Notes: generated from the sequence alone by a model not told the origin. DNA of 64,000 nucleotides from an uncultured virus (IMG/VR IMGVR_UViG_3300042569_000394) (IMGVR_UViG_3300042569_000394); one strand, 5' to 3'; shown: positions 31,201 to 40,152, numbered from the stretch's first letter. Numbers and translations are program-made.

Positions 31201-34200
31201 CAGATAAGAGTTGATCTTGGTAATCGCTTGCAGCAAATGAATCGCTAATTTGTTGCTGAGTTTCGGCTGTTTTGTTTAGTAGTTTCTGTCGGGCGGTGAT
31301 GTATTCATTTTGTAGTCTTTCTGCTTTGGCTGCGTTGCCTGCTGCTTCGGCTACTTTAATTCTCTTTTCATAGTCTAGTTCTAGAGAGTCTAGTAGTTGC
31401 TTTTGTTGGTTTAGAGCAGCAGCCTGGATTGCTACGTTTGCACCTGCAAGTTTACCCAAGCGTTTTCCATACTCTTCAGAGGCTGTGAAGTATCCAGTAA
31501 TTCCTCCAGCAACTGTTCCGATAACTGCCCCAATTCCAGCACCAATTGGACCAGCAATCATCGATCCTGCAACAGCACCTGCAGCAGCACCCACACCAGC
31601 ACCAGCAGCGATACCGCCAAGCATCATTCCAGTTTCATCGCCATTCCTCATGCCACTATTTTCTATATTTGTTGCCGCAGTAGAAATCTGTTCTTGAGAT
31701 TGCTGTATGATTTTTGTTCTAATTTCTAAACCATTTTTAAGAATGTCTTCGCCGTTTGGTCCCATGAGGCTTGCTAGTTCTCCAGCAACCTTGATGCCAA
31801 GGTTTACGTTACCCATCTTTTTACCAATGCTAATGGCAATACTTCTCGCTTGCTTTGTTGTTATTGCATTAGACAAAACTGCTGTAGAAAGTTGAGCAAA
31901 TAGTGCCGATTGTTGAGAGGCCCCACCCATCGCAGCACTTGCTGATCCTAGGGCTTTGGTCGTTGCTTGACCAGTTTCAGACTCAACAAAACTTTCTCCA
32001 AATGTTGATTTTCCGCTAACAACTGTAAATGGGCTAAGTTGTCCCTGCCTACGCCTATCCATAATTTCAGAGGCAGTTACCTTGCCAGCAAAGTCAGCGA
32101 GTCCTTGAATTGCTTTCGCACCAGCACCAATTGAATCAGTGAATTCAAGAACCTTGTCAATTCCGCTAGCAATCGTGTCGTTATATTTTGTCATTGAAAG
32201 CCAAGCAACGGCGACGGCTGCTGCAAGTAGGGTAATGAAACCCATAGTTTTACCCATATTTTGAAGTAGCATCGTAAGCATTGAGAAGCCACCAAGAAGT
32301 GGTGTGATTGCTTGTGCTACTTTTCCAACTTCTCCACCCATCATCGAAAGGCTACCCATAACCATAGATGCTGTCATCATGTATCCAGAAAGGTTTCTGG
32401 TGAATTTCTCCATGCCAGCACCCTTAGTCTTGGTTCCTGGACCTGCACCATCTCCACCAGGAACTCCCTTGCCCTGCTGAATGTTATTCAAAAGTTCTTT
32501 GTCAATAGCAATTCCACGCTGTTCTGCTAGGCGTAGTCTTTCCTTAATTACCTCGGACTCAAGGCCGTTGGCTTCCATATCTTGAATAAGAGCGTTTTCT
32601 TTTTCTTGCATTATCTGCATGTCTCGTGCAGCAGCATCAAGTTCTTGTTGGGTAAACTGATATCCTTGTTGGTGCTTTGCTTGAAGAATTTCTGCCTGTG
32701 TTTGAAGTGCAAGATATTCTTCATCAGTACCGAGAAGCATTTGCTGTGCTAGCATCTGTCTCTGTTCGTGGATCATGGTCCTAGACTGAACTTCTTTATC
32801 GATATTGTTTTCGAAGTGGTTCATAATCTTAGTTCCTGCTGCAACAACCTTAGCCTTTAGTTTTTCAAAGCCGTTAGAAAGCATTGTAAGGCCCTTGTCT
32901 GCAATGGCTGATGCAGCCTGTCCTGCAAGTTTTCCACCTGCTGGCCCAAAGGCTCTTGTGCCGTAGAACTGTCCAGCAGCACCAGCAGCCATGCTTGCTA
33001 CCTTAATCTTTGCACGTTGTACTAGACCAAGTTTCTTCGCTGGCTGTTCTGCTGGCGGTACTGATTCAGCACCCTGATTATAAGACTGTTGATCTTGTGC
33101 ACCTAGGTCAAAGGCATCGTGGTGTGGACTACTACGCTTTGCTTTATCTTGAATTAATTCAAAGGGGTCGTCCTGTGGGGCAACAACACTCTCAGCACCG
33201 TCAATAAATTCACCCATATCTCCTGCACCAGTTGCTGAAGGAGGAACTGTGTTAGCCATTGGCACACGAGGTCTGTCATTCCTAATTCTTGATTCTCTAA
33301 TTGATGATGCTGGCCTTGGCAACAGTGTTCCGTCTGGTGCAATTGAGTGTTTTCCGTCTTCGGTCGTGGGGAATCCAGCAGCATCTAACTGCTCACGAGC
33401 ATTTACTCTAACATCATAAATATTGCTCTCTAGTTGTTCGATTGTTGGACTAATTCCAGCAATCTGAGGTCCTAATTTTTCTCTTGCTTTTCCAATAATA
33501 TCTGCAACCTGAGAAGATCTTATGTTTAGTTCACCAAAGTTTTCAACAGCCCTGAGAATTTCTTGATCTAATAGTTCTATTTCTGGTAAGTGTTCTTCCC
33601 AATTTAGCCCAGCATTTTCAAACGTCTGCTTCCATTTTTCGGGACCACGCCTCTTAAAGTCTGCAGCAAAGTCTGCTGTTGGTACTGGATTGTCAAACTT
33701 CATCTTATTGTTAAGTTGCGAATCTTGTGCAAAAGTAAATCCAGAGCCTGCTATAACTTCAAAGTTTGGGATATATTTAATATACTGTTCTAGTTGTTTT
33801 TTGAATGCTCCCTTTATTTGGTCTGTTCCTGATGCTAACAGTTCCGAGGCTAACATTGTGCCAGATTCTTTTACGTGAGCCTGATCTGTACTATATATCT
33901 CGCTTGGATGTAACCCTAGTGGCACTCCTGCCTGCTTTGCTGCTGGTGGATAGTAAGAAGGCCTCATGTTGACTTCTGGCCTTTGTTCTGTTCCAAGGTT
34001 TTTATTTTGAGTGAAGAATTCTGTCATACTTCTTTCAGCAACTGTTTTTGCCTGCTGTACATATATCTTAACTTGCTCTAAAAGGTCTTTTTGAAGTTCA
34101 CCCTGTGTATTTTTTACAATAAGTTGAATTTCTTGTCTAAGTTTTGCTTCAAATAGGTCTGGGTTATTGCCACCATATTTTGACATTGCTTCAGAAACAA

Positions 34201-37200
34201 CGCTTTCCTCATCAAACGGTTCTTCTCCAAGAATACCGCCTTGTGATAGTTTAAGAACCTTTCCAGAAATTAGGCTTTCTACTAGGCCTCTGTTTCTTGA
34301 TACGGAATCAGCAGGTATTACTGCTTCTCCATTTGAAAGCATTGCAGGGATTGAATCGCTTGTTCCTGTACCAGGGCCAGAAACCATACCGCCTCTGGCA
34401 TATTTTTGAACCCCATACCCAGGATTTGTTCCAATATTCCAGTTAACATATTCTGATGGACCAATTTCAAAACCTTGATATCCTTCTTTTATTAATGACT
34501 GAATAAATGGGTCACCTATCTTACCGCCAATACCAGAAGAGTATGGGTCTAAGCCACCTTCTTGTAGATCGTACAAAATTCCCTCTACAACATCAGACTT
34601 GAGACCACCATTCTTTATCCAATCCATTGCTTTTTGTTTTAGAATGCCATCGTTACCCCAGCCATTTATATAACCTTTACCACCGATAGTTTGTTTGAGT
34701 GCGTCATCAGACATAGAAATCTTATACTCATTTTTACCCCATAGATTCTTTTTACCAGTAGCAAAATCTCTTTCTCCAGTGACTGCCGAAAAGTACATTC
34801 CTTTACCAAGGTTTGAGATTCTATAGTTACTTGGCACAGTATCTGGGTGCAAAAGTTCTGATAGTTTTGGATTGTTGGTTTGGTGTACAGCAAGTTTATC
34901 CATAATTGCAGCCTTGAGTCCAGGGGCTAGAGAGTCCCAGTTTCCTCCAGATTGCTGCACCATATCATTTAGTGTTTTTAACTGTATTGCGTCTTGTCCG
35001 TTTAGTGGCTTAACCTGTTTTAAAAATTCTAGGTATGAGTTGTCAAAACTCATAGGATTTAGTCCAAGAGATTTTCTATCTGGAAGAATACCACCCTTAG
35101 CCATCTTGAGTATTCCACCCATAGCCATTTTCTTGGGGCTTTTCTTCTTTTTAGCAGTAGGGAGTGGGTTAAGCATTGGTGGTGTGCGACCTGGGAAGTA
35201 CTGTGCCCACTCTGCAGAGATCTTAGCCTGAATCTCTTCTGGGGTCATGTCATAGTACTCGTCAGTTATTTCGCTATCCATTAGGTCGTTAGCAAATAAG
35301 TATTGTTCGTAGCGTTTACGAGCAACGGTGGTTTCTGGGCTATCATATTTACCTTCTGGCAATTTTTCATAGGCTTTTTCCATAGCAACAAATGCTAGTG
35401 CGGTTTCGTAGAATCCTCTGGCTTCTGTTACGTCTGCTGGTTCTTGTTCTGGAACAACTTTACCCTTTCCAATGATTCCACCCTTAGCCATCTCAAGTAT
35501 TCCACCCATAGCCATTTTTAGAGGGTTAAATGCTGGTATGCCTAACAGGCCAACAGCACCACGTGTCTTATCCATATCGTCATAGAATTCTTCAATCTTG
35601 TGATCGCTCATCAACCTAGCAGTTTTTTCATACTTCATTCGTTCTGGTCTGCGATAGTCTCCGTCTTTTCTTGACATCAATCTAACCTTGGTTGTGTCAA
35701 TTCCAAGTTTGGCTAGAGTTTCTAGGGTAATGTTATCAGCAGACTTGGGCCTTGCTGTCATAAGAATAATCGTGTTTCCACGTGCTTGTGCTTCGTGAAG
35801 TTTGGCAATGGTTGCAGGCATTCCAACTGGGTTCTTTGCTACCTCAGTTTTCCAGTCAAGTCTTTCTTCTACTGGAAGTTTTTCATTTGCTGCTCTGTGT
35901 CCAGGCATAAACGATCTTAGATCAAGCAGGGTGTCGTCAATGTCAAAGATTGATGTTGGTTTTCTTGGGTCAACGTTTTCTCCAACAATACCGCCCTCTG
36001 CCATCTTCTTTGGTGGAGTAAGTTTAAGGTTGCTGTGAAGTGCGTGATACTTTGTCCAGTCTACACCTCTTGCAGCCTCTAGACGAGCAACCATGTTTCC
36101 GTATACTGCCTGTTCTTCTGGTGTTAGGTCTGGGAAGCCAGCAATTGTTTGTTTAAGTCTTGGAAGCGTTTGCTCAATCTCATTACGCATTCTGTCTTGG
36201 TATTCTTGTGGTGACATGCTTGCAGCAATACCCTTAGTGCTTTCAGCAAACCATTTCTTTGCACCACCCTTTACTCCAAGAAGATTAATAAGAGCCTGTT
36301 CTTCCATGGACTTCATGTTAGGTTCGTATTCTCTGAATCCAGATGCCTTTGCAAATACCCCTGCAGTTCCGACATCTGGAAGAATGTTTCCTCCGAGGTT
36401 TCCCTGTCCTAGGTCTTTATCTCCACGCAGTAGCGATGCCACTAGTTGTGTTGTATATTCTTCCTTTGAGAATGTTTGTGGAACTTCAGAGAACGTTGGG
36501 TCAAAGTCTGACTCAAGGGCATAGAACCTTCTGGTTCCAGTCTTGTCTGTAGGGTCGTTGATTGCAACAAGTCTTTGCTGTGGTGATCTCAGACCATGAG
36601 CACCTCTCGCAATCTCTGTTCCACGAATTTCTGCCATAGCAGACTGGAAGTCCATAACTGGCTTTACGAATACTTTACGACCATCAAAGGTCTCGTACAT
36701 TCCACCAACTCTAAATAGTGGGAAACTGTGTCCCTTAGATACTGAAAGTTGGTGCTTGTATTTTGTTACTGGCATGTCTGCTCGTGGTGATTCAGCAAAC
36801 TTAGCATAAACCGCCTGTGCGTCTTCTTGACTACGCTGTCTAGCCTTAAACGACTGTGGCATTCCAAGGAACTGCTTTTCTCCCTTGTTAACAATTCCAC
36901 CTTCAGCAAGTTTTAGAACCTTACCAGAAATAAGGTTTTCTACAAGCCCTCTGTTTTTCTTTACTGATTTTGCTGGAATAACGGCTTCACCATTAGACAA
37001 CATTGCTGGAACTGAATCTGAGGTTCCTGTTCCAGGTCCAGAAACCATTCCACCCCTAGCAAATTTTTGTGGAGCAATGTTGGTTGGATTAGTTCCAGCA
37101 GGACTATACGCTCTCTGGGCATCTATGTTTCTTACATAAGACTGAGTTAGTTGATCTACTGCTACCGCTTCTGAAGTAAATCTTTGTGTTAGTTGTTGGT

Positions 37201-39052
37201 GAATCTGGTCAAGAGATGCTGCTACCGCTGCTGCCTTGATCTGTGTTTCGGTCATGTATGTGGTTGATTCTCCAAGCATACCTGTTTCTTGTGTTGTTCT
37301 GTTAATGAAAGACTTGATGTTGACAAACATCTTGACAAGGTTTGCAATACCGTTCGCTACTAGACCAACAGACATAAGAAGTAGTGGACCAACACCAGCA
37401 ACCAAACCTGTAAATGTTACCCAGAAGGCTTTTGACCCTTCTGACATTTTGTTAAATCCGTCAAGGAACTTAGAAACAAAATCTAGGATTGGGGTTACTG
37501 CCTTAAGGAATGCCTCTCCAATTGGAGCAAGTTTAACCTTGATATCCTCAACAGCCTTTTGAAACTTAAACATTGGGGAACTTTCTACCCTCTTCAGTTC
37601 TCGCTCAGACAGGATTGCAAGTTCTTCTGTGGTTGCGTTACTTAGTTCTAGAACCTTTTGTGCCTGAGTTCCTTCTTGAATTACGTTTTGGAACAATGTC
37701 GATAGACGTGAAAACTGGAACTTACCGAACATTTGCTCAATGGCACGTGCTCGGTTTAGTGGGTCTAGGGTATCTAGTGCACTAGCAAAATCTAGGACAA
37801 GGCCCTTTACATCGCCCTTGTTTGCCTCAACAATGCCCTTAACATTTACACCAAAACTTGCAAGGAACTCAGATGCTTTTCCTGTTGGGTTAATCAAAGA
37901 TGCAAGACCAGACTTAAGTGCGTTAGCACCCTCAGATGCGTTAATTCCACCTTCCTTCATTGCTGTCAGGAAGAATGCTAGATCTTGTACGTCTCCACCA
38001 AGTTGTTTAACAACTGGTGCAGCCTTTGGAATAGCAATGGTGAGGTCTTCGATAGATGTAACAGTTTGGTTTTCAACTGCGTTAAGGAAGTCAATCTTTC
38101 CTGCTAGGTCTTCTGCTGCAATTCCAAAAGCGTTAGTTAGAGACATTGTTGTTTCTAGTGCTTGTGCCTGTTCTACAGATCCAAGTACCGCAAGTCTTGT
38201 AGCATTTGCTACCTGCTGCATAAGGTCTGCTCCGACCTTACCTGCTGCTGCTGCCTCGGCAGCCATTTCCATTGTGTCTGCTACCGCAACACCATACTTA
38301 GTGTATTCCTGAGCAAGAATTTTTAGGTTCTTAATCATGTCTTCTGATTCTTTTGCAGTAGTTCTAAAATCTCCGTAGACACGCTTAAACTTGATAGAAC
38401 CCTTTTCTAGTTCCATGTACATCTTTGCTGCTGCAGTACCTGCCATTGTTAGCGGTACGGTAAAACCAACCATCAACTGACGACCAGCCCACTGGGTGTT
38501 CTTACCCCAGTTGAGAAGGTTAGTTGATCCTTGCTTTAGTAGTTGGTTTAGTATCTGTTGTTTCTGGGCAGCGATGGCTGTTTTTGTTCCCAGGTCATTC
38601 ATGTCAAGAACTAGAGGTCTAACTGCGATTGCCTTCATGGCACCGCTAGCGTCACGGCCTAGTTGGATGTATTGGGTTTGAAGAGTCTTGACTCTTTCAC
38701 GAGCAACCTTATCAATGGTTGACATTTCGGACTTGAATAGTTTTCCGAAGTTCTTTGTTGCACCGCCAGCATACCTAAAGTATTGGCCCATTGAGAGTTT
38801 GTTTTTCTCAAGTGCTTCTGTAAAAGACTCTGTGGTGGTCTTGATGTTTTGAATGCTTGCATTAAACTTACCTGCAGCATTAATATCATTGATTAGATTT
38901 TGTCTAAGTTTGGCTGCTGCTGCTGCTTGTGTGGCAGAGCCACGAGCCATCTGTGTTTGGAAGGCTGATATCTGAGACTGTAACGCCTTTAAATTTGCTA
39001 AGGCCTGACTGGTATCAATATTAATATTGATATTAGTCTGAGAATCAGCCAT
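28205..39052 (-). CDS. Tape measure protein (3615 aa) with embedded enzyme-like domains
   Basis: Follows tail tube and chaperones; TP901-type core (ASEGANALKSGL...AIEQMFGK), hydrophobic segments, glycine zipper, coiled coils; internal kinase, HAD and ART motifs. Confidence 0.93.
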   Translation of the reverse strand: MADSQTNININIDTSQALANLKALQSQISAFQTQMARGSATQAAAAAKLRQNLINDINAAGKFNASIQNIKTTTESFTEALEKNKLSMGQYFRYAGGATKNFGKLFKSEMSTIDKVARERVKTLQTQYIQLGRDASGAMKAIAVRPLVLDMNDLGTKTAIAAQKQQILNQLLKQGSTNLLNWGKNTQWAGRQLMVGFTVPLTMAGTAAAKMYMELEKGSIKFKRVYGDFRTTAKESEDMIKNLKILAQEYTKYGVAVADTMEMAAEAAAAGKVGADLMQQVANATRLAVLGSVEQAQALETTMSLTNAFGIAAEDLAGKIDFLNAVENQTVTSIEDLTIAIPKAAPVVKQLGGDVQDLAFFLTAMKEGGINASEGANALKSGLASLINPTGKASEFLASFGVNVKGIVEANKGDVKGLVLDFASALDTLDPLNRARAIEQMFGKFQFSRLSTLFQNVIQEGTQAQKVLELSNATTEELAILSERELKRVESSPMFKFQKAVEDIKVKLAPIGEAFLKAVTPILDFVSKFLDGFNKMSEGSKAFWVTFTGLVAGVGPLLLMSVGLVANGIANLVKMFVNIKSFINRTTQETGMLGESTTYMTETQIKAAAVAASLDQIHQQLTQRFTSEAVAVDQLTQSYVRNIDAQRAYSPAGTNPTNIAPQKFARGGMVSGPGTGTSDSVPAMLSNGEAVIPAKSVKKNRGLVENLISGKVLKLAEGGIVNKGEKQFLGMPQSFKARQRSQEDAQAVYAKFAESPRADMPVTKYKHQLSVSKGHSFPLFRVGGMYETFDGRKVFVKPVMDFQSAMAEIRGTEIARGAHGLRSPQQRLVAINDPTDKTGTRRFYALESDFDPTFSEVPQTFSKEEYTTQLVASLLRGDKDLGQGNLGGNILPDVGTAGVFAKASGFREYEPNMKSMEEQALINLLGVKGGAKKWFAESTKGIAASMSPQEYQDRMRNEIEQTLPRLKQTIAGFPDLTPEEQAVYGNMVARLEAARGVDWTKYHALHSNLKLTPPKKMAEGGIVGENVDPRKPTSIFDIDDTLLDLRSFMPGHRAANEKLPVEERLDWKTEVAKNPVGMPATIAKLHEAQARGNTIILMTARPKSADNITLETLAKLGIDTTKVRLMSRKDGDYRRPERMKYEKTARLMSDHKIEEFYDDMDKTRGAVGLLGIPAFNPLKMAMGGILEMAKGGIIGKGKVVPEQEPADVTEARGFYETALAFVAMEKAYEKLPEGKYDSPETTVARKRYEQYLFANDLMDSEITDEYYDMTPEEIQAKISAEWAQYFPGRTPPMLNPLPTAKKKKSPKKMAMGGILKMAKGGILPDRKSLGLNPMSFDNSYLEFLKQVKPLNGQDAIQLKTLNDMVQQSGGNWDSLAPGLKAAIMDKLAVHQTNNPKLSELLHPDTVPSNYRISNLGKGMYFSAVTGERDFATGKKNLWGKNEYKISMSDDALKQTIGGKGYINGWGNDGILKQKAMDWIKNGGLKSDVVEGILYDLQEGGLDPYSSGIGGKIGDPFIQSLIKEGYQGFEIGPSEYVNWNIGTNPGYGVQKYARGGMVSGPGTGTSDSIPAMLSNGEAVIPADSVSRNRGLVESLISGKVLKLSQGGILGEEPFDEESVVSEAMSKYGGNNPDLFEAKLRQEIQLIVKNTQGELQKDLLEQVKIYVQQAKTVAERSMTEFFTQNKNLGTEQRPEVNMRPSYYPPAAKQAGVPLGLHPSEIYSTDQAHVKESGTMLASELLASGTDQIKGAFKKQLEQYIKYIPNFEVIAGSGFTFAQDSQLNNKMKFDNPVPTADFAADFKRRGPEKWKQTFENAGLNWEEHLPEIELLDQEILRAVENFGELNIRSSQVADIIGKAREKLGPQIAGISPTIEQLESNIYDVRVNAREQLDAAGFPTTEDGKHSIAPDGTLLPRPASSIRESRIRNDRPRVPMANTVPPSATGAGDMGEFIDGAESVVAPQDDPFELIQDKAKRSSPHHDAFDLGAQDQQSYNQGAESVPPAEQPAKKLGLVQRAKIKVASMAAGAAGQFYGTRAFGPAGGKLAGQAASAIADKGLTMLSNGFEKLKAKVVAAGTKIMNHFENNIDKEVQSRTMIHEQRQMLAQQMLLGTDEEYLALQTQAEILQAKHQQGYQFTQQELDAAARDMQIMQEKENALIQDMEANGLESEVIKERLRLAEQRGIAIDKELLNNIQQGKGVPGGDGAGPGTKTKGAGMEKFTRNLSGYMMTASMVMGSLSMMGGEVGKVAQAITPLLGGFSMLTMLLQNMGKTMGFITLLAAAVAVAWLSMTKYNDTIASGIDKVLEFTDSIGAGAKAIQGLADFAGKVTASEIMDRRRQGQLSPFTVVSGKSTFGESFVESETGQATTKALGSASAAMGGASQQSALFAQLSTAVLSNAITTKQARSIAISIGKKMGNVNLGIKVAGELASLMGPNGEDILKNGLEIRTKIIQQSQEQISTAATNIENSGMRNGDETGMMLGGIAAGAGVGAAAGAVAGSMIAGPIGAGIGAVIGTVAGGITGYFTASEEYGKRLGKLAGANVAIQAAALNQQKQLLDSLELDYEKRIKVAEAAGNAAKAERLQNEYITARQKLLNKTAETQQQISDSFAASDYQDQLLSGAEKVVTKKYKGTAQEDLATIAIENLRSSVTDKGQRYNLLLDLGTTIDPDSMLLLTSLVKNDADVMQKAFDIRTNLTGTGLAQVLQVSRMFVDENGKSNKKMQAEFVTKMSTVKGEKAEQLLQMYSELGRMNSNWIDATVLVDFVSKRPDVEKALMEDIEEIKNLKPKMLTVDIVQRASILNEQAMDVLRDNEKYFSTIKTKAEQQIYLSYVATFSGTMNFEDPNFLAWLSSPENKDGAKADIVGWGMYTDFVARRAVNDRILVDNTVGAGNQNNNGGGPSASWLDDYVKGVRDLTDASQKLTVGYSASQKALEAFAKKGSSFKNMFSGLTNNLFAANVSQDIIDNILGMPKEEAEKEMKRFFDSSGKATKFLKQLNEISARQKIEGQFVGGLQATKSIYDRVDATKALALGNQNAALTSELMADSDMVLALSGIKLIGNLKDQKKAVHELAKAKLANLAAERLSKGTVQNEIDDAQVRIDTLEAENGVYQNGLDIISKKAEKINETYDKQIQALQEVKSVNDDIARQKQGELDIADALSRGDIGAAAKAAQQLRAQNAQAAADAQVKALEDAKKRAVDALTVEINGQKLSRADLEQKMYDIQLQVLEIRKDEIVQNEVILAKQREILNTLVAQTAEQIKKNAEASKPQTQTITRKVVNAGSGTGTGVVDDVPGSPPADPGKITTVKDAVAALKTSNRFRQGPNTSLSNLYGYTRTPDASGNTAEDLFRTANQRRNEEFGKLGLDKNIRLQDQKKWATLTADQKTNLLNLQATYDRTAEKSLSFLSKNLQQSTSKAFSLLSPAIRDSLELLKANAETYKTLKDNYTQANNSLAAREKAIGPSPMASEKAELKALSDARDVAHDAYQKYKGPNIDPLVSALAGSGIGTAELKAFGVQGFKMGGMVMPQRFLAGGFARGTDTIPAMLTPGEFVVSQPAVKSFGVDNLKSINSGTYGGDSVYNYSVNVNVANSGANANDIARTVMAQIKQIDSQRIRSNVL
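34229..34402 (-). repeat. Copy 2 of the 58-aa xARGG...GPGTGTSDS.PAMLSNGEAVIPA...KVLKLxxGG module
   Basis: Near-identical in protein to 36890-37063. Confidence 0.9.
35084..35131 (-). repeat. Direct repeat B encoding KMAMGGILKMAKGGIL
   Basis: A 41-nt core matches 35478-35518 with 2 mismatches. Confidence 0.9.
35471..35518 (-). repeat. Direct repeat A encoding KMAMGGILEMAKGGII
   Basis: Matches 35084-35131. Confidence 0.9.
36890..37063 (-). repeat. Copy 1 of the 58-aa FARGG...GPGTGTSDSVPAMLSNGEAVIPA...LAEGG module
   Basis: Paralogous to 34229-34402 and, more distantly, to the C-terminal module starting at 28510. Confidence 0.9.
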
Positions 39053-39078
39053 CCATAAACACCTCTTTTTTTATTTTT

Positions 39079-39399
39079 TTATACTGCGAAATTTGGAGAT
39101 GCGTTTTGTGCGATCTTAAGACCTGACGCTTCCTCCACGATTTCATATACAGTCGGTAGATCTAGAAGATCCTCCAATGATTCTGGCTTTTCCGCTAGTT
39201 CTGGTTTGTATTGCTTCATAGCAATAGCCACACATTCTAGAAGAAGGTCCATCGATTTTGAATTGTTGTCAGCAACCTCTGAAATCTTTTCAAACTTGTC
39301 CATGAATGGACGAAGTAGCGAGATCTTTAGTGGTCTGATTTCAATTTTTGTTCCGTCAAGCAAGGTAACTGTTCTTGCTTCTTGTACTGTTGTTGCCAT
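39079..39399 (-). CDS. Tail assembly chaperone (G-like)
   Basis: Between tail tube and tape measure; AAGGAGG RBS; own TGCTATAAT at 39429-39437. Confidence 0.75.
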   Translation of the reverse strand: MATTVQEARTVTLLDGTKIEIRPLKISLLRPFMDKFEKISEVADNNSKSMDLLLECVAIAMKQYKPELAEKPESLEDLLDLPTVYEIVEEASGLKIAQNASPNFAV

Positions 39400-39454
39400 G
39401 TGATTTCCTCCTTTTAAGGGTATACAATATTATAGCATAAACGAATTAGATTGG

Positions 39455-40138
39455 TCAAACCTTTTCATAGGATAGGCCCATGCCGATTCCAAATCCAGCC
39501 TTTGCTGCTTTTTGTCCTCGGAGAGATGTAACATCATTGGGGTCTCCACCTTTATTGAACACCTTGTTTTTAAGTTTTTCCCAAGGATCTTCCTGTTTCT
39601 TTTGTTCGCTTTCCATATCAATGCCCTTTAAGGCTGCCATAAACTTTCTTTGATTATATATGTCTTCTCTTTTGGCGTTCAGGGTCTCTGATAGTTCTGG
39701 CATTGATAGCGAGGATTCTAGTTCTTCATAGTCTTTCCAGATACCCAGCAAGAATACTTCAGACTCCAGTTTTGCTAGGTCTATCTTTTCCCAAGAGTTA
39801 TTCTCATCGTGATTAGCCTGCTCTGGTAGGCTCTCTCCTGCCTCTTCTGGTGCCTTCATACTAATACCTCCAGCAATTTCAAGAACCTTGTAAAGTGTTG
39901 GCAGATCGAACAAGTCTTCTATCTGGCTTACTGTCTTTATTTCTGGCTGGTATTGCATCATGGCTATCAGGGCACATCTAGATACAAACTCAAATGCGTC
40001 TGAGTTGTCAATAGATTCACGCACGTTTTGAAACTCATCCATAAACAATCTAAGATATTTTATCTTGAGTGGAGTGATGTATATCGGTTCACCGTGGATG
40101 GTGAATATCATTGCCGAATTATATATTTTACTTGCCAT
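39455..40138 (-). CDS. Tail assembly chaperone, extended paralog (GT-like)
   Basis: First ~95 aa align with 39079-39399; extra C-terminal domain; ATG 6 nt after TGGTACAAT. Confidence 0.72.
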   Translation of the reverse strand: MASKIYNSAMIFTIHGEPIYITPLKIKYLRLFMDEFQNVRESIDNSDAFEFVSRCALIAMMQYQPEIKTVSQIEDLFDLPTLYKVLEIAGGISMKAPEEAGESLPEQANHDENNSWEKIDLAKLESEVFLLGIWKDYEELESSLSMPELSETLNAKREDIYNQRKFMAALKGIDMESEQKKQEDPWEKLKNKVFNKGGDPNDVTSLRGQKAAKAGFGIGMGLSYEKV

Positions 40139-40152
40139 GTATCTATTGTACC

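Noticed and set aside
39430..39621. Alternate-frame ORF as the T part of a frameshifted chaperone
   Set aside because: The 227-aa frame is already continuous and no convincing slippery heptamer links the frames
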